From the NCBI RefSeq assembly GCF_009914755.1, contig NC_060934.1: a DNA stretch of 64,000 nt; one strand, written 5' to 3'. This DNA comes from the human T2T-CHM13v2.0 reference genome, Homo sapiens. Below, piece by piece: positions 60,310-64,000 of this stretch. Positions within the stretch are counted from its first letter, which is position 1. The number at the start of each line of letters is the position of its first letter. The notes below the pieces were generated by a model. The model did not search any database. It was not told the origin of the DNA and saw only the letters and a program-made list of their open reading frames with translations. The position numbers and the translations under genes were made by a program.

Positions 60310-60766
60310 CTCTTATTAGTTTCCTGGGCTGCTGTAACAAATTACAACGAACTTAGTGACTTAAAAGAACAGCCTAGTTTTTTCTCACAGGTCCTGGAGT
60401 CCAGAACTCTGAAGTTAAGGTGTCAGCAAAGCTGCACTTCCTCCAGAGCCTCTAGGGTAGAACCCATGCCTTGCCTATGGTGGCTGCGGGTGTTCCTGGA
60501 CTTGTGGCTGTACACCCCAATGTCTGCTCCCACCATCACGTGGCCTTCCAACTGTGTGTGTCTAATCTCGCACTACCTCTCTCTCACAAGGACACTTATG
60601 ATGGCATTCAGGGCCCACCCAGATAACCCAGGATGACCCTCACCTGAGGATGCTTAAATGAATCACACGTACAAAGACCCTTTTTCCAAGTAAGGTCACA
60701 TTCACAGATTTCAGGAAGAGAACATGGACACACATTGCTGGGGTGGCATTTTTCAGCCCACCACAC
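60310..60766 (-). mobile_element. MLT1C-type MaLR LTR
   Basis: TATTAGTTTCCTGGGCTGCTGTAACAAATTAC...TTTTCCAAGTAAGGTCACATTCAC...CAGCCCACCACA. Confidence 0.8.
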
Positions 60767-60769
60767 CTC

Positions 60770-61800
60770 CCAGTCTTTCTCCTTCTAGACCCCTGATCAC
60801 CAGCCCAGCCATCAGCCACTGTCCATCAGTTTCATGTTTACTCTAACCTCAGTCTGCTTCTTTCCACATAGTGAATGACGGTTGCTCTGTCAGAATTTCT
60901 GCCTATTGGGAGGACTTTCCCCCACCACTGTTTTTCAGGGCTGTCCCATGGCAGGCTATAGCACAGCAGCATTTGGGGCTTACATCCACCTATCAAGCCA
61001 TGACCCAAGTTTGGCCCCTTTACTCCCACCTCTACCCCAATTCTGAGCTGAGTGAGACAGGGGCCCGATGCAACCTTTGCAGACAATATGGGGCCTGGGC
61101 CACCTGCTTGTGCAGCTCCTGGCTGCCACATGGCCCTGCTCTGGCCCAGAATGGAATGCACCATCACCATCATACTGTGAATGGGGCTGTTGGGCCCACC
61201 ACTGATTTTATAACTTGGGTTCTAGCCGAACCCAGCTCAGGATGGGCAGTTCTGGCTGCAGAGTCGCTTGATGTCTGTTGCTGGGTGCTCTGCCTCCATC
61301 AGGGCCCGGTGGCATGCTGGGAGCTGTTCTGGTTGGGTTTGGTTTTTTGGGTGGTATATGTATAATTATCAGTTACAGATGGTGTGGTCTTGATCCAGAA
61401 CCCTAATTGTCTGTATTGTGATTCTCCCATGGGAACCTGTCGTAAACTCCAAATGCCCTCTTTTTCTACCATAGATACCTCGTATACATTAAGGTCTGCT
61501 GGATCTTATGATGGAAGGAGCAGGGCTGCTGACCCACATCCTGAACTTGCTACAGAGCCCTTTCCAGCTCTGGGCCCAGAGCCTTCATATAGCTCAATAA
61601 GGGGGCCAGAGCAGCATGCCCACCTATGGGGTTTGCTACCTTTAAACCCAAGGGAGCCTACTAAGCATCGTGCTTTATTCTCGTTGGTGGGAAGTATGAG
61701 ATGCAATCATTTGTCTTTTACTTTGGAAGGAATGTCCAAGCATGTCCCAAACCACTGGATCCCTGAAGTCTCCACAAATGTGTTTAGCAGGCTGGAAGAT
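60770..61800 (-). mobile_element. Highly degenerate ERVL-class pol remnant
   Basis: Minus strand GGAAAGTCCTCCCAATAGGCAGAA translates GKSSQ*AE, compared with the ERVL RNase H motif GKSSQWAE. Confidence 0.5.
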
Positions 61801-61976
61801 ACAAGGTCAATATATATATCAATTAATTAGGTATACAAAAATAAAGTGCATTCAGAGGCCAAGCAAGGAGGATTTCTTGAGACCAAGCGTTCGAGACCAG
61901 CTTGGGCAACATAGTGAGATCCCATCTCTACAAAAAGTTTTAAAATTAGCCATGTGTGGTGGCTCCTCTCACCTCA

Positions 61977-62108
<132 letters not shown>

Positions 62109-62274
62109 CTATCTCTTAAAAAAAAATTAAATTAACTCAAAATGGATCATACACCTAAACATAGTTTTTGTGTTAGCTAAAACTATAAGCCTTATAGTTT
62201 TACCCATGCTATCATGGGTTATATATTAACCCATGCTATCATGGGTTAATCTCAGCTGATCTGGATTAACCACA

Positions 62275-62779
62275 TTGTGACGGTTAATTTTAGGTGTTGA
62301 CATGACTGGATTAAGAAATACCTACAAAACTGGCAAAACAGTACTTCTGGATGTGTCTGTGAGGGTGTTTCAAGGAGACTGATGTGTGAGTTGCTGCACT
62401 GAGTCGGGAAGATGTTCCTCAATGTGGGCAGCCACCATTCAATTGGCTGGGTGTCCAGAGAGAACAAAAAAGGAAGGAAAAGGATTTTCCCTCTCTCTCC
62501 TGGAACTGGGACACTCTCCTCTTCCTGCCCCCCGGTTCTCACGACTTCAGCCTCAGACAGAGACTTACATAATTGGTTTCCCTGGTTCTAAGGTCTCTGG
62601 ACTTGGACTGGGCCATGCTACCAGCATCTCAGAGTTGCCAGCTTGTAGACAGCCTGTTGTGCGACTTCTCAACCTCTGTAATCAAGTGAGCTAATTCCCC
62701 TAACAAACCCCCTCTCATATGTCTATATCTATCGATAGCTCCTATTGATCTGTCTCTCTGTAGAACCCTGACCAATACA
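62275..62779 (+). mobile_element. MLT2B (ERVL) LTR
   Basis: TGTGACGGTTAATTTTAGGTGT...GACTGGATTAAG...AGAACCCTGACCAATACA. Confidence 0.85.
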
Positions 62780-63269
62780 CACATGCTTATTACAAGGTAT
62801 TGACCCTTGGCCAATGCTGTGCAATGGATTAACTAAAGATAAAGATGTTCTATAACTATGAGTCTGTGAGTTGCTTCAGGGCAGGACTACCAGCCTGTCA
62901 GCATTGTTCAATAATAATTGAACTCATTATTTGTACCTGGTTTTAGAGGGGTCTGGAAAATTTTGAAAGCTAAAGCTGGTCACAAAGTCGGAACATACCT
63001 ATGTGATCAGCTCACTCTAAGACTTCCACCATGAGCCGACTTCAGGCTTCTTGGGACCGAGGTGCTTCCACACACAGTGTTCAAGGGCAAGATCTGAAAT
63101 CAAAGTGCATCCTATGTGTCCCAGTGTTAAAAATATCTAGATCTCAAAGTCCCTTTAGTGCATAGCCTTCTGCTTTTGCTACTGTGCCTATAAAAAAGCA
63201 CAAGTATAAACCGAGTCCTGCACGTCCTTTCAGCAGCTGAACTCTTAGGGTGATTAATGTGTAATTCAC

Positions 63270-63725
63270 ACAAATTCCTTAAAGAAGGCATAGGAGAACA
63301 TCTTAACAACCTTTGGTTTGGCAAAGATTACTTAGATAAGACACAAACAGCATAATCCATGAAGGCAACAAATCAATAAATTGAACTTTCTCAAAATTAA
63401 AACTTTGGCTCTACAAAAGACTGTTAGAAAGAAAAAGGGAGCTATATACTGTGAAAAATATTTGCGAAATATATATCCAACAAAAAACATGAATCTGGAA
63501 TACATAAAGAACTCCCATAACTCAATAATAAGAAGACAAACAACCCAATTTTTAAAAATCCAATTCATATGTGAGCAAAAGACATAAATATATATTTCAC
63601 CAAAAAGGGTATACATTCGCAAATAAGCTTATTAAATGATGCTCAACATGATTAGCTATTAGAGAAACTCAAATAAACCCACAATCACTATACACCTATC
63701 ACAGTGACTAAAATAAAGAACAGTG
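63270..63725 (+). mobile_element. Old L1M 3' fragment
   Basis: CATAGGAGAACATCTT...GAATACATAAAGAACTCC...GATGCTCAACATGATTAG motifs. Confidence 0.75.
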
Positions 63726-63727
63726 GC

Positions 63728-64000
63728 CTCTCCCTCTCCCTCTCCCTCTGGTCTCCCTCTGTTGCTGAGGCTGGACTATACTGCCGTGGTCTCAGCTCGC
63801 TGCAGCCTCCCTGCCCCGGGCTCCCGTGGTTCTCCTGCCTCGGCCTGCCGAGTGCCTGGGATTGTGGGCGAGCGCCGCCGCGCCTGACTGGTTTTTGTAT
63901 TTTTGGAGGAGACAGGGTTTCCCCTGTTGACCGGGCTGGTCTCCGGCTCCTGACCTCAAGTAGTCTGCCTGCCTCGGCCTCCCAGGGTGCTGGGATTGCA
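63728..64000 (+). mobile_element. 5' end of an SVA element (SVA_A-like), continuing beyond the window
   Basis: (CCCTCT)n hexamer followed by the Alu-like domain GCTGGACTATACTGCCGTG...GCCTGCCGAGTGCCTGGGATTG...CCTGACTGGTTTTTGTATTTTTGG. Confidence 0.9.

Overview
Hominoid (most likely human) genomic DNA: GC-rich, Alu-dense and largely non-coding, with an SVA element at the right edge. No intact protein-coding gene lies in the window, and nearly all ORFs in the supplied track are repeat- or GC-derived. Main content: (1) a CpG-island promoter and first exon of a minus-strand gene leaving the window to the left. From memory it may be SHISAL1/KIAA1644 on 22q13.31; this is unverified. (2) A 7.7-kb minus-strand composite betaretroviral locus (33865-41523). 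A G-to-A-rich, internally deleted HERV-K(HML-5)/LTR22B provirus is fused through its truncated 3' LTR to the 3' half of a HERV-K(HML-6)/LTR3B provirus. (3) A plus-strand run of splice-site-bounded exons (52.5-55.9 kb) ending in a solo LTR7 (HERV-H), predicting a 66-aa de novo micropeptide with a microsatellite-derived hydrophobic segment. (4) An orphan RFX X-box/CCAAT/GC-box promoter at 57.7-58.1 kb. (5) A short orphan polyadenylated retrocopy with a TSD, a 21-bp VNTR, several templated-insertion scars, and many Alu, L1, L2, MIR, MaLR and DNA-transposon fragments. Repeat names come from recognising consensus sequence by eye, and boundaries are approximate unless a TSD is quoted.
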